NCBI GenBank assembly: GCA_977016875.1
Contig: CDRNST010000060.1
Span: forward strand, 2,666,001 to 2,730,000
Source of the DNA: Pavona decussata
Lineage: Eukaryota
DNA length: 64,000 nt
Direction of reading: 5' to 3'
Made by a program: the position numbers and the translations under genes. Position 1 is the stretch's first letter, and each line of letters begins with the position of its first letter. Below are positions 51,750 to 64,000 of the stretch, in pieces. The notes below the pieces were generated by a model. It was not told the origin of the DNA, ran no database searches, and was given only the letters and a program-made list of their open reading frames with translations.

Positions 51750-53917
51750 TTAACTTTTATGTTTTAGCTCATATCACTGTTCCTTTATTGCTTTTGATTA
51801 CTTTTCGTTCAATTTCGGCGCTTTCCTGAAGTTTTGGGGAAATCCAGTAAAACAAGATGCTGGATTCAAGATTGACGCCTTTTGACAACCATGACGTAAT
51901 TTCTACGTCATTCCACACCATCATTTCCCGTTGTCGACCTCAAAGGAAACATCTTTGAACGTACTATCCATCCTCAAACCCTCATTGTTATAGATTTAAC
52001 ACTTGCGAAGTTATGGAGGGGGCAGAATCCGCCCCCCCCCCCCCCCCCTCCCAAGGCCTCAGAAGACAAAAGAAAAGCCCGGTCTAGTTCGATTGAGTTC
52101 GATTAATTAATTTCATTAACGAACAGTTCGAGTTGTTACGTCGGGGCGTAAGAGATAATCAAATTTTACTTCATTTTAGATCAACCAACCGACAAGAAAC
52201 TTGCTGCACTGTGCTTGTGACTAACGCGTTTGCAACCAGGAAGGACCAAGAAACGTGCAATGAGTACTAATGGGGAATGGACATGACAACATAATCAAAC
52301 CTAGCTCGAGCTGATGATGGTTTAACAATGTCCCATGGCATTGCGTGATCTGTCGCCATGTTTGTACAATTTTGTGTTTTCCTATTCCGAAGTGTTTTGC
52401 GTGGTTTGCAGGTCAAGTTGAAGCGATTCCGAGGAGTTTGAGTTTCATCGGCTCAGACGGCTATCTCTCTTCCGGTATGCATATTAGCTGTACAGTGCTC
52501 GTCACGCTCCACCGATGCATTACACGTTAAACTGTCGCCTCGGTTTCCTCTAGACTTCAAGCCAAAGCCCTGTCGATGTGGTCATCGAGGCGCGCAGAGT
52601 CGAGTTATAATTACCGTTGGAAGTTTCGGATACTGACGACGAGATTAAATTAAATTAAATTAAATTGACTTGCAATCAGCTAGGGTTTTGATTTGTAGGA
52701 TCAGTTCTATCCATAGACATAAAATGACATGCTGCGGTCCGTTTAGATGGTGAAGAGAGCGCCAGAAGCCACGTGAAGGGGCACGCCTCAGCTACAAGTT
52801 TAAAGTGTTGCTCTCGCTCGACCGAAGATTTCGCTTAACTTTTCTCTATATCTTAATCGACAGAGGCTCGTCGATAAATAAACAAAATTGCATGACTTTC
52901 CTGCAAACGAGTTGAACGAGTTGCTCTGAGCTGTCAAAATTTTGCTTAGCACCGTTCTTGTCAAAATGAAAGAGAGTTTAAGGCAAAACTAAGGGGACAA
53001 AATCTTTTGGAAGAATTCATAAAGGTTAGTAAATAAACTTGAATCAAAGTTCACGTTAACCCAGGATAAGTTTAATCGGCCTATGAACAACTGGGTTTGA
53101 GCGCTGTCTTTGTAAGTACACTGCAAACAGGACATACAGGAACTGAAATATCGGAAGTAATAAGAAAACGGAAATGGGTTAAACTCTTTACCAGGCCTTT
53201 TTGGCAGGAAGAGTCGACCACTGACTGACTGACTAATTTATAGCGTTAATGAACCATCCCGCGCGCGATCCCGAGTATCGTGGCTGATTATTATAGAAAC
53301 GAACAAATGATTCAACATGTTATCCATCAAGGTTTTCGTGTTTGTGACGTTATAAAATAAAGTCTATGAATAGTCCTAGATTTGTACTGTTTTCCGTCTT
53401 GATCCATGCATACGGGCGTAAAATAACACAACTAAACTGTGTTAAGTTTTATCGTTTCAAAGCAGCCATTTTGCCTGTGAAAGAAGCTAAAAGTAACTTA
53501 TCAGATCGGACGCTATCAGGTGGGCCTTGACGCGTGCATCGACTTGTCGTTTTAAATTTTTCAGAACAGCTTGTAGTGACTGTCGTATTTCTCTCGGAAT
53601 GCGTTAGTTACCATGTTATTGGAAGTGGTAAAAAATTTGATTCCCGGCTATATAAATGGAAGGAAAGTTTCCACGTATCTATAGCTATCCTTACTCTTTT
53701 CGAAAACAAAAATTCAGTAGCACAAGTATTGCTTCTACAAGGAAGGCTCTGTCTCTGGCGATGACCGTTAATAGCTCGAAGGCCTAATTTTTTAACAATT
53801 CATTCGGTCTAGAAAGAGTCGCATTGCTTGCATGCCACGAACTGCTGAATTAACATTTGTTTTCTCTACCCTAGTCGACAATTTTCGCTTCTTCAACTTC
53901 CGCACCAGAGAAGAATC

Positions 53918-56900
53918 ATGAAGTTACATCATTTTTGTCTTCTACTGATGTGGGTCATTTGCCAACAACTATGGGTAAGTTAAGAAATCATTGACGAATT
54001 CTTTGATTATATACTGACGAACTGGGTCATTTTTTTACAAACAAAGTAATTCATCTCCCTCTGCAAAATCATCCTTTTTATAATCATAATTGACTAAGCA
54101 AACCAACTGAAGATATCAAATGCTGATTATAAATACATTTTTCCCACTAGTATCTTATTACTTTCGTTACGCCACGTCATCCAAAAGTATTCCCAAATTT
54201 TACAGGCGCAGATTAATCTCAGTCAAATGTGGTGGTATTTTAGCCCAACTATAATACACTGTATTGCTTCTAAATCAGTTAACGAGCGTGTACGTAAATC
54301 ACGTTTTGAATTTTGCTGCTATGAAAGGTAGAAAGAACAATCTTGAATATTCATTTAATCTCTTATTGACTCGGATTAAGCTAGCGTTAACGCAGTCATT
54401 GAGAGGACAAGATCGATCTACTGCAGACAGAACAGACCCCCGAAGAAGGAATTCTAGGGTATTATAAAAATCAGAAATTTCGTAAACTGTATTTTCGTAA
54501 TTGCATGCGCCAACGGCGATTATTCAATAAGTAATATATCGTTATTTACCTAACCTCAGTCTAACTTCAATGCTGTCATGCCGGAAAATAAACACCCTGT
54601 GAAGTGCCTTTTGCGAATGTGCATACATTAATGTTATCTTGCATAATCAATGTTATGTACATTCAATGACATAAATCAAACAACTACAACTGAAACGTGT
54701 CTGACATAATTAAAAGATGTTCGATATACAGCAACAACGAAACGCGTCAGCCACTCATCAGTCTATTCTTCAGAGTTCTTTATTCGTAAACTGGAAGAAT
54801 CCGAAGGAACTTTAACTGTTCTAACCACGAGAATTGAAGAATCAGTACGCACACTAAAGAGCTTTGCGTAGATCGGCTACCTACACCAGCTACGTTGACT
54901 ACTAGGCATCTTGAACAAGCTAAGATGTCACTTGGAGGGAGTTGCAGAAGAATGTGAGAGGGATGCTGATTGGTTTGAGGAGTCGGCAACTGAACCTATT
55001 CTGATATCGATGGCGAGGAACGGGCCGGGGAAGTTGAAAGACCAAGGTTAAGAACTTGCTCAAGACCAGTAGGAAACTTTAAATGGAGAGGCAGGGGGTT
55101 TTTTTTTTTAATTTTAATCTAAACTTTTCCTTTGTTTTCTATAGGTTGTCCAGGGATGTTCTTCAAACTGCACCATAATTGAACCCGGAAGTAAGCTGGC
55201 TAAAGCTATAGATTTCTTTAACGAGTTTTCCTTCTGAAGATTTAGTAGTCAGAGAGGTTTTCGATTGAGTGTCGTAAACTCAAAACAGAAGTAGGCAGCG
55301 TAATGAACCAATCCATCAGAATTCAAAGTACATGCATGCAACAGGCGCCAAGCGTGGAAAAACGCGTGCGAGCAAGGCACGCGTGCGTTTATACGGGTTT
55401 ATAGGGATCGTGGAAATCCTGGGAAGTCATGGAATTTTGTAATTTCGTTTCTCTGCCTGAAAAGTCATAGATTTTAATTGGGGTCATGCAAAGTTATTGA
55501 AAATGATGTTTATGGAAAATTTCACTCAGAAAGAATTCTTCTAGGGAATAAAAGAGGAGGAATATGAATAATTGAAAAACCTGAAAAGGGACCGGGAAAC
55601 AAATTTTCACTCAGAAGAATAACACTGCGCATTTTGAGACTAAAAATATGTGAACGATTTGTCATGGAAAATTTGAAAAGGTCATGGTAAGTCATGGACT
55701 TTTAAGAGCCCAAAAAAGTACAAACCATGTCGTTTGTTGAAAATTAAAGGGGTGCGAGTTTCCCCAACCAATCACTTAACCAAAACAAAGGCAATTGCCA
55801 AATTACTTGCGACGGTCAATTGAAAACCACTCCATTAATGTAATTAATGTTTGTAGCTTAAGCAGCTGAGAAAAGAGAGGCTGAAAAAAAATTCGCAGAA
55901 CAACATTAAATCTTTCATCTGCCCTTTACATGTACGATATTTCGTACATTCACTTCCATGCATCCATCTTCCACGGACATATACAGTGTATTACGAGCAT
56001 CGGCACAAAATGACCAGTTCCTTTTTTGCTTGATAGCTCAGTTGGTTGAGTAGTGCACCGGCATCCCAGCGTAATGGGTTCAATTAATCCTGATAAACTG
56101 TCAATTTCATTGCAGGTTCCCATTCCATTCAGACATAAAAACTTTGACCATATATCAGTTACTTTTTTTCTTATCCTAACAGCCAGTGGATTTGAATGCA
56201 ACGGGGAAACAATCAACTTCTGTAAGAGATTTGCCTCTTCGTGGAAAGTATATCGCCTCGATTGGGATGAGTTACATTTGTCTGATTGCAAACAAGAAAA
56301 AGGTCCTCTACCCGGCGATGACCTCTTGTTGTTTGTGAGTAGAGGAAAGCCGGACAACTATGGCAAGTACGGGATAGTTACGGTGAAGTTGGTTACCTCA
56401 AAAACTGACAACAAAGGGTAAGAATGTTCAATTATACTTCTTTGTTAATCCCAATAATAGCTGGAAAATATACCTAGAGTGCATCCTACTCCCTATTTTA
56501 TGAGTTAAGTAAAATCACCCTAAAAAAGTAGAATGGTTATTGATTTGCCAAGAAAGTACACGAACAAAATTATACTTAAAAATCTTAAAGAACTTTCACT
56601 AAAAGATCGCTGTTACTTATTTTTAGTGAACCTTTGGATATCAATCAATCATACTTGTATCAATAGCAATGTTAAAATAATAGTTTGCCCTACGAGTATA
56701 CATAAGCTAGTGTTTATTAATTTTTGCTGCGGGTGGCTTTGATGGAAATGGATTACAGATTGAAAAATGGGCACTCAAAGGAGTGCGTGTGGTTTCAGCT
56801 ACCATAATGAAAAGTTGTTGCCTGTGTTCTGAGCCGGTGACCCCGGTAAGAAAATGAAAGGGAATCTCTTCAAAGATCAATAAATTATATGTGACTGTTA

Positions 56901-59900
56901 CATTTACTGTACGTTTTGTGTCTGCGTTATGGACTCCCTTTTAATGCATTTATGAAAAAGTTGCAAAGCTTGGGTGTTACTTCGGTAGGTGTATGGTTGT
57001 ATGGTAAGTGTACCTTAGTGGGGTTGCAAATTTGTAGGGAGGTTATTTTCCAAGCGATAAAGGGGGATTTTTAGACTGCCATTATAGGTATCTCTTTAGC
57101 GATCACACAAGTTTTGTGTATAACTATTTATGCGTTATTGGTCAAGCGTGAGGTCAAGATGGCTGGATATTGGAGAGTACGTTCTAATTCTGTCTCGTTA
57201 GCAGTGCAAAACAACACAAAATCATTGTAAATAAAACGCAGTCTATGACTACTGCCTTATTTTCGTAGAATATTGCAGTAAAAAAAGCAACGTTGTATAA
57301 AATTCAGAGGAGTACATGAACAGCTCTAGTCAGTGCCAAAATTGTGCAGCGTAATTTGATCGTGTTGTCATATGGACGAATTTGGTATGCAGTGGAGGAT
57401 TTCGGTTTGTTTACACTTCAGTACACAGGGGACATTACTAGATAATGGTTTGGTTCTCCCATGGTTTACATAAGATCGCAAGGTGAAGAAATTTCGTGAA
57501 TCAAGACACACAGAAAAACAGACAATAAGCTTTCTCAATTGAAATTTTTATTCAGACAGACCTGTGTTCACGCCTGAGCAGCAAATTTGTCCAATTTTCG
57601 CTTCGAGTGTGGCTACGTGAAAGCGACCGATCCAAGTGAACTGCGAGTCACTAAAGCACAATTTCTCGACTCTATTAAACTGAGTACGTTTTTCGATAAT
57701 TTCGCAAAAGCTAATTGATCAATTTAACATAAAGCACGGTAAAATTAACATTCAAACCTGTAGTATTTTGTAAAGGGGATTCCCAGGGGCTTACAAAACT
57801 TTTGGAGAACTGAGATCTCGTCAACCTGTCGGGTGAACCTTCGGCATTCCGAACCTTTACAGAAAATGGACTTACTTCCTTTCTTACTTACACTACACGA
57901 TGACAATATTGGTTTCAGCCACAAAAATTGGCCATTTTTTTCAAGTTCTTCCTGTGTATTTTGGAGAAATTGCTAAAAACGGATTTATAGTTTGCTCTTC
58001 ATTCGGAAAAATCAGTTAACGCTTTAAATTCCCCCTGGTATTCTAAGAACAATCTCATGTTAGAGAAAAGGTTCTATGCAGTAAAGATTTCAGTAGCTTT
58101 GATCAGCAAAAATCTCGGTGACAGTACCTCTTTAAGGTAAAGATTTACATTACAAGTTATTACCTTAATTTTAGTGGCATCTATTATAGGATGTCTGTTT
58201 GCCATGTTACCTTGGAGAAGCCAATCAACATGTTTCTCGTGAGAGACCAACACACCTGTTTGATCGCCCAAACGTTTCCGTATTTTGGTAAAGTGTCTTT
58301 GCGAAACAAATGCGTCCTGACTTGCGATGGGCAAAACGATGGACTGGCAGGAATACTGGGTTTCAGGGCAAGGAATTTAGCCATCGATTCTACCTCTAAA
58401 ATAGCAATGTCCGGAAAAGGTAACTCTTAACTGTTACTCACTCTTTAACTTTTCAGACATGTAACACACTCGCACCTTTCTTTTGGGTGGCAACTGCTTG
58501 TTTCCGGCGTGGGTGTGAGATTTTTACATTTTTATAGTGCGACGTTGTTTTTTTCTAAGCGCTATTTTTGATACACGTTTTTAATTGAAAGGTTGTGATT
58601 TGACAAGCTTGTTTGATCATTTTATTCAAGTTTTGCTTTTCAACTTCCGACCTGCTGTAGATATGTGCGCGCACCTTAAACAGCGGCACACAGCGAGAAT
58701 ATTTAAAAAAATCATTTTAGGTTTTTAGGGATGTTTGTACCGTGTCGACTGGATTTCTCGTCCGCGCCCCAGACGCCCTTCCATTGCTGTCTATCCGATA
58801 TCAAACCCTTAAGCTCCTGTTTGGCTGCGCCTGAATAGTGACAAAGCGTCTTGAGAACCACAGGTGGAAGGTCCTTTACGAATTCTTGACTGAGGTTCTG
58901 GCAGTAGGACTCTGAAACCTTAACCCTACATCAAACCATGTTCGGCTACATTTTGGGCCTATTCTAGACTAGACACATATTAAAAATCGCTGTGGGTTTG
59001 CGTACACATGTATACAGCGGGTTCATGCGTATCGGAATCTTGCATAAAATGATCAAACAAAGAAAGCTTTTTTTCTCGTTGTCTCCTTTCATTCAAATCA
59101 ATTACACCATCCAACCGTCAAAAGCGACCACGTCTTGGGAAGCTTTTCACTAGTAAGAAGCATAAAGACTTGCCAGCTAGCAATTCTACGTCAGGGAGCT
59201 TCTTTGTTTCTTCTTCTTCTTCTTTTATTTATTATTTTTTTTACCGTTCTTGTATCGATTTTTACCCCTCCTCCCAGTCAACAATTGGAGCATCTACATC
59301 TCCGTTAATTGTCCAGAGCAAACTAATCCCCTGCTATGCTTGTGTAGTAGCTTACCACTCTGTTTTTGTAACTTCTCAATTCCTTTCAGGATATCGTGGG
59401 GGTGCTGGAGGAGACAATCGAGGGGGAGGGGGTCACGGCGGCGAAACGTTTTTTTGTCCTGCAAAGGAACCAAATATGGGCAAAGGAGGAGACATTTCGG
59501 GCGCCTCATGGGCAACGAACAAAAATGGAATCGGAGGGGGAGGGGCTGGGGATGGACCTGCTCGGAGCAAAGGTATAAACTGTTTTAACAATGGTAGCTA
59601 AACTAGAAAAAATATTTTCGAATTGTTCTGTATTGTCGTTTGTTTTAAATGTTTCAAATAGCACAATGCATATCCCAGTCAAGAAATTACCTAAGCTGAA
59701 GTACAAAAGTTGAGGCACGTATATCCACAATAACAGTCACTTGGAACAATTCTTCGCAATAGCTCTTCTCTTTTCCTTAACCCTATCTCAACAAGACGGG
59801 GGGCTGGGGGGCGGATTCTGTCCGCGGCGACTTTGAACAAGAATAGCTTTTTTTTATATTTGGGCAAACGCCATCTGGCTTCAATATGTTGTGGTTGGTT

Positions 59901-62900
59901 GGTGTTCTTTGATTTTGATGTTTCCATGCCAGCTATAGTCAGTTCAGAAAATGCCAAATCCCTTTTTAAAATGAAGAAAAATGACCTTTCTTACTGCAAG
60001 TTTTTCGTTTTTAGCTCATATTAGTGTTCCTTTGTATTGATTTTGATTACTTTTCGTTTAATTTTGGCGCTCTCCTGAGAAAAAAAGATACGAAATAAGG
60101 GTATGCTAATTCGGCCATCCGGTGATAATTTATTTCTATAAGGTTACGGTTAATTCATGTATTTTAAAAGTTTACTTCAACCCTCCGAGAAGATACTAAA
60201 CATATTTTGATTATTTGGATTTAAGAAGAAATAGATCAATTTATAGAATGACCAAGACTCGAGTTCCTTTCGGAAATGCCATTGTTTGTTAGTCCTGCAA
60301 TTTGTTCCTTAAATGAAAAATTGATACCTGACACTAGCACGCCATCCTTTTAGGCTCCAAAGGAGGCCCAGGAGGCTACAACGCTGGGGGAGGTGGAGGA
60401 GACTCTACTGCGAACTCTGACGATGGAGCAGCCGGTGGGGGTGGTGGTGGACATTTCTCTGGTGGTGGGGGAGGTGGTGGGGCAAGCGGCGGAGCGAGCA
60501 AGGATGGCGGAAAAGGAGGGAAGGCTGGAAAAGTACTCTTGAGCTCGATTTCATGTTCTTTTATTGTTCTAAATCTCTTTAATTGCTCCGTTTTTCTATG
60601 TAATGTGTCAATGCACTTAAATCTGCTACGAAGATGACTTCAATTCAGTTTGTCATATTTTCAACTCTCATCCTTTGCGTATTGAATGGTAAGAACGTGA
60701 GCGCATAACTGAAGATCTCGATTTCTCTTTGGTTGCTAATCAGATTGGAACATACGCTGGGGGTGGCGGCCAGTCCAGTTATCCGGGTGGCAATGGAGGC
60801 GACGGCGGAAAACCAGGAAGCTATCCTCGAAACAAAGCTCCACATTGCTATGACAAAACTGCACAAGGAGGGAATGCGGGCTCAGCTGAAAAGGGTGGTG
60901 GAGGAGGTACTAGATATACATAATTCATTAATTTCAACGTATTGATTTAGTTAACATTGAGAGACTGAGTAATGTCTAAGCAAAACCGTGGGCAATAATC
61001 CTGCTGGTATACGTTGGATCAATTGTTGATCTGATCGGCTTAACAAATACAAATGATAAGAGAAGCAGAGACAGCTACAACGAGGAATTACGTTTTAGAG
61101 TGTACTATGTCAGAAGAATTCTTCCACATGGCCTGAATATTCGCGAAGAAATTTGCTAGCTTTTTTCCTTTTTTATTATTTCATTTGCTTGATCTTTTAT
61201 ACTGTCAATCACTTTAGTTTTACATAGTTCCGCTATTACGCAAATACTTGTAATATAAGCGTATGTCCCAATGCAAATTCTCATTGTACCTGAAGAAGGC
61301 TGGTTTGGCCAGCCGAAATACACTCTAAAACGTAATTCTACGTTGTATCGGTCTCTACTTCTCTTACCATTAACAGATCTAGACTGACGTCTCTTTTTAA
61401 AATCCATTTATAAGGTGAGAGGGAGAAAGAAAACGGTCCTTGTACAGCTATAGCTGACACTACAATCTCCATCACCCACAATATGAACGTTCTGTATATC
61501 TTTTAGAATAAAACAAGACGATGGCCGCCGGTAACACAAACGACATACCCTCAGAATTCTCATTTATTCTGTAACACATTCTTTATCCACTGGTGTTACT
61601 CGGTTCAACTGCCGTGAATTCATTTGCAAATTGATTATTTGTTTTTCTTATTTTTCCAGGAGATTCCTGTGGCAATCACTACGGCGCTGGAGGAGGAGGA
61701 GGTAGCAGTTCGTTCTGAATGAAGGAAGCTTTCCTAGATTTTTTAAAGGCACAACATCGGAAATTTTAACGGCTAATTATTCGAGACTAAAGAGGTTCAA
61801 AATAAATACAGTCAACTCTCGCCTTGCGGACACCTCACTATTACGGACACCCTGATTATACGGACAACAGCTAAATACACGGCAAAAATAGAGTACAGAC
61901 GATTGACTGAAATAAATTCCCGCTATTACGAATTCTCGTTGTATTAAGGACACTAACTCACGGTCCCGAGGGTGTCCGCAATAAGGAGAGTTGACTGTAT
62001 TAGGGGAATGGTTGAATGAGAAGTTAATTACTTTATCATGTTTATCTTTTATTATATCCACGGTATAAGACAACATTTGAATAAAGGTTTGACCAATCCT
62101 TTGATAGGAAAGAATACATTGGAAAAAAAAAACCGGATCTAACTGATTAAAATAAGAAAGCAGTCCGATCCCTTACAACTGATAAATGGACACGATCAAT
62201 ATTATTTCTTTGTTTTCCCCCTGCTTTGCCTTTTCTCGGGATCAGTTATCTTTTCAAGGTTTTCAGCTGATCGAAACTGTGTCATGAATCCTGTAGTTCT
62301 CATTGATTAGTGGTCGAAGTTTTGCCTTTCAATGTCCTAATTAGCTGAGGTGTAAGTGCAAAGAAAATTGGTGATTGGTGAGTTATGCCTGCGTCACTGT
62401 GTTAATACAAATATCAATCAAACTACCTATTTGGAAAGCTCACTCAAACTTAATCAGCAGATGGGTGACGCATCCAGCTTGTCCGTCATAACTCTGACAC
62501 TGATATATTGCTGCTTATAATCCCTCGATTTGGGATGGTGTGCCTTTGAAAAAGCTAGGTAAGGTTGGTAGGCATCCTTAAAAGTTTTGCTCATTTTTTA
62601 ACTCCTTTTTCAAATGATGGTTTGATTTATTACTAATAAAAAGCCGTAATATCAAGCGAAAATCTTTCAATAAGATGTAACTGTTTTCCTGTAGGTGGAC
62701 TTCAATTCGGCAGCACTGCATTTGAGTCACGCCTCAGTTACGGTGGGGGTGGTGGTGGAGGCGGAGGTAGTGCTTTTAGCGACGACCGTAACCCAGGGGG
62801 GAGAGGAGGAAATGGAGGCGGCTTGGTGTATTTGCAGATCGACGAGCTGACACTGAATGGAAAGATTCTAGCAGAAGGTGAGATTATATTTGAGGTTCCA

Positions 62901-64000
62901 GTCTATGGTTGTTTTTATCGGGGTATGGCAACCAAGGACAATTCACTCTGAGCATTGAGCATGCGTACAGGCTTTCGAATCAAATACCTTCCCACCCACT
63001 AGCTGAAGAGGCGGGAAACAAAAGACCCTGGGAGCAGGAAATTCACTTGTCTCCTAAATAAAGGAGTTTGATCGAGAAATGACTAGAGGTCGAACGCTTT
63101 GGGAAGGTGGTCGCTGAGGAGAGATTCTGTATAGAGCACCGAGACCACAGCGTTAAGCTGAGAACTGCTTTTCAGTGGTGGATATTCAGAAGAATTCCAA
63201 TGTATTTTGCTAGTAGTCACCTTCTACAGATGTAGCTGGAAAGCGTGCAGATGTCAAACATTTATCTAGAGGAGTCACCAACCCAGGCAATGTAAACTCT
63301 GCGTCACTAAATACGCTTAGTTTGTTAAGATAATTACTACACTTGTACAAACAAAGGAAAAAATTATTCGTTATAATAATCCAACTCCACACATCTTAAG
63401 TAAGAATAAACACTGTAAATATTTCAGAAAACCAGTAATAAGGGAAGGAACCGTCATGTCTGACATCCTACTTTCCGCAATGTAACTTTGCACGACACTC
63501 AAAATTGTTGAGAGAAGCTGAGTTTTTGCAATTCCTGCGTGGCTACGTGTTAGCGTATGTCTATCAGTTCGGTAGGTTATTTTGTAACTGACTATGGCTC
63601 TAATAACCGCCGAAACATGTCTTCCAAACTAAAAAAGCGTTGTTTGTTTCCTCAAACTGTTTATACCTCTACTTTTGGTGAGGCCGACAACATACCGAGC
63701 TTTTTCTGAAACCCAACGTCAATGCGCCAGTAATGAACAATTCTGGCATAAAATGTTATCCTCTGCTGACGATTAGAAAAATACACAGATAATTCTCATA
63801 ACGGTGTTAAAAGGTTCTCGTTTCCTTTCTTCTGGGCAGGTCAAGCTGGCCAGTGTTTGAACAGAAAGGCCCATCGATCTGCCCCTGGAGGAAGCGGTGC
63901 TGGTGGGAGTGTGGTCATTATAACCAAGAAACTCCATGGAAATCCCAGGGGTAAAATCTTCACCTCCGGAGGGAGCCCCGTAAAATGCGCGTTCGGCACT
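53918..64000 (+). CDS. Secreted glycine-rich, Cys-containing protein, copy 2 (exons 1-10, truncated by the window end)
   Basis: Exons 53918-53974, 55145-55190, 56183-56417, 58190-58419, 59390-59572, 60354-60532, 60744-60906, 61660-61701, 62695-62877, 63840->64000. Same phases as copy 1, open frame. Confidence 0.88.
56754..57935. mobile_element. Copy-2-specific insertion in intron 3 (probable DNA element)
   Basis: Absent from copy 1 (GGAAATGGATTTTTCAAG at ~40391); short imperfect inverted ends. Boundaries are approximate. Confidence 0.55.
60968..61380 (+). mobile_element. Copy-2-specific Penelope-type fragment with partial hammerhead motif
   Basis: CTGAAGA-A-GGCTGG-TTTGG-CCAGCC-GAAA at 61290-61318. 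The 3' strand of stem I is not intact. Confidence 0.55.
61809..61997. mobile_element. Tc1/mariner-type MITE; equivalent copy at ~43768-43955
   Basis: TA-CAGTCAACTCTC...GAGAGTTGACTG-TA. Confidence 0.85.

Larger units (their letters stand above)
33307..64000 (+). repeat. Tandem segmental duplication: unit 1 ~33307-52271, unit 2 from ~52272 to beyond the window end
   Basis: Colinear high similarity of upstream region, exons and most introns, broken by copy-specific insertions and deletions. Confidence 0.92.

Overview
Animal genomic DNA: AT-rich, with spliceosomal GT-AG introns and dense transposon content. The repeat types resemble those of stony corals or other anthozoans, but that is an inference. 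Protein-coding genes: (1) an intronless 529-aa GT4-family glycosyltransferase of bacterial appearance (19776-21365,+), just downstream of nested DNA transposons; (2) two tandem two-exon genes for BK-channel beta-subunit-like (KCNMB/CaKB) proteins (24539-28107 and 29619-31962,-); (3) an ~19-kb tandem duplication, each unit carrying a multi-exon gene for a secreted, Cys-containing, polyglycine-rich protein. Copy 1 (35892-50815) has 11 exons and encodes 515 aa; copy 2 starts at 53918 and is cut by the window end inside exon 10. Its motifs resemble a bacterial AgmC-like/adhesin Gly-rich domain. The two copies differ mostly in a local island where one Cys pair is present in copy 1 and absent in copy 2. 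Non-coding features: a 4.9-kb 39-bp satellite containing a solo LTR, an intact type I hammerhead ribozyme (22645-22689,-), Penelope and RLE-LINE fragments, tRNA-derived repeats, a Helentron-like element with two nested TIR elements, and many MITEs with readable TSDs. All gene models were assembled by hand from splice signals and frame continuity. No database searches were run.
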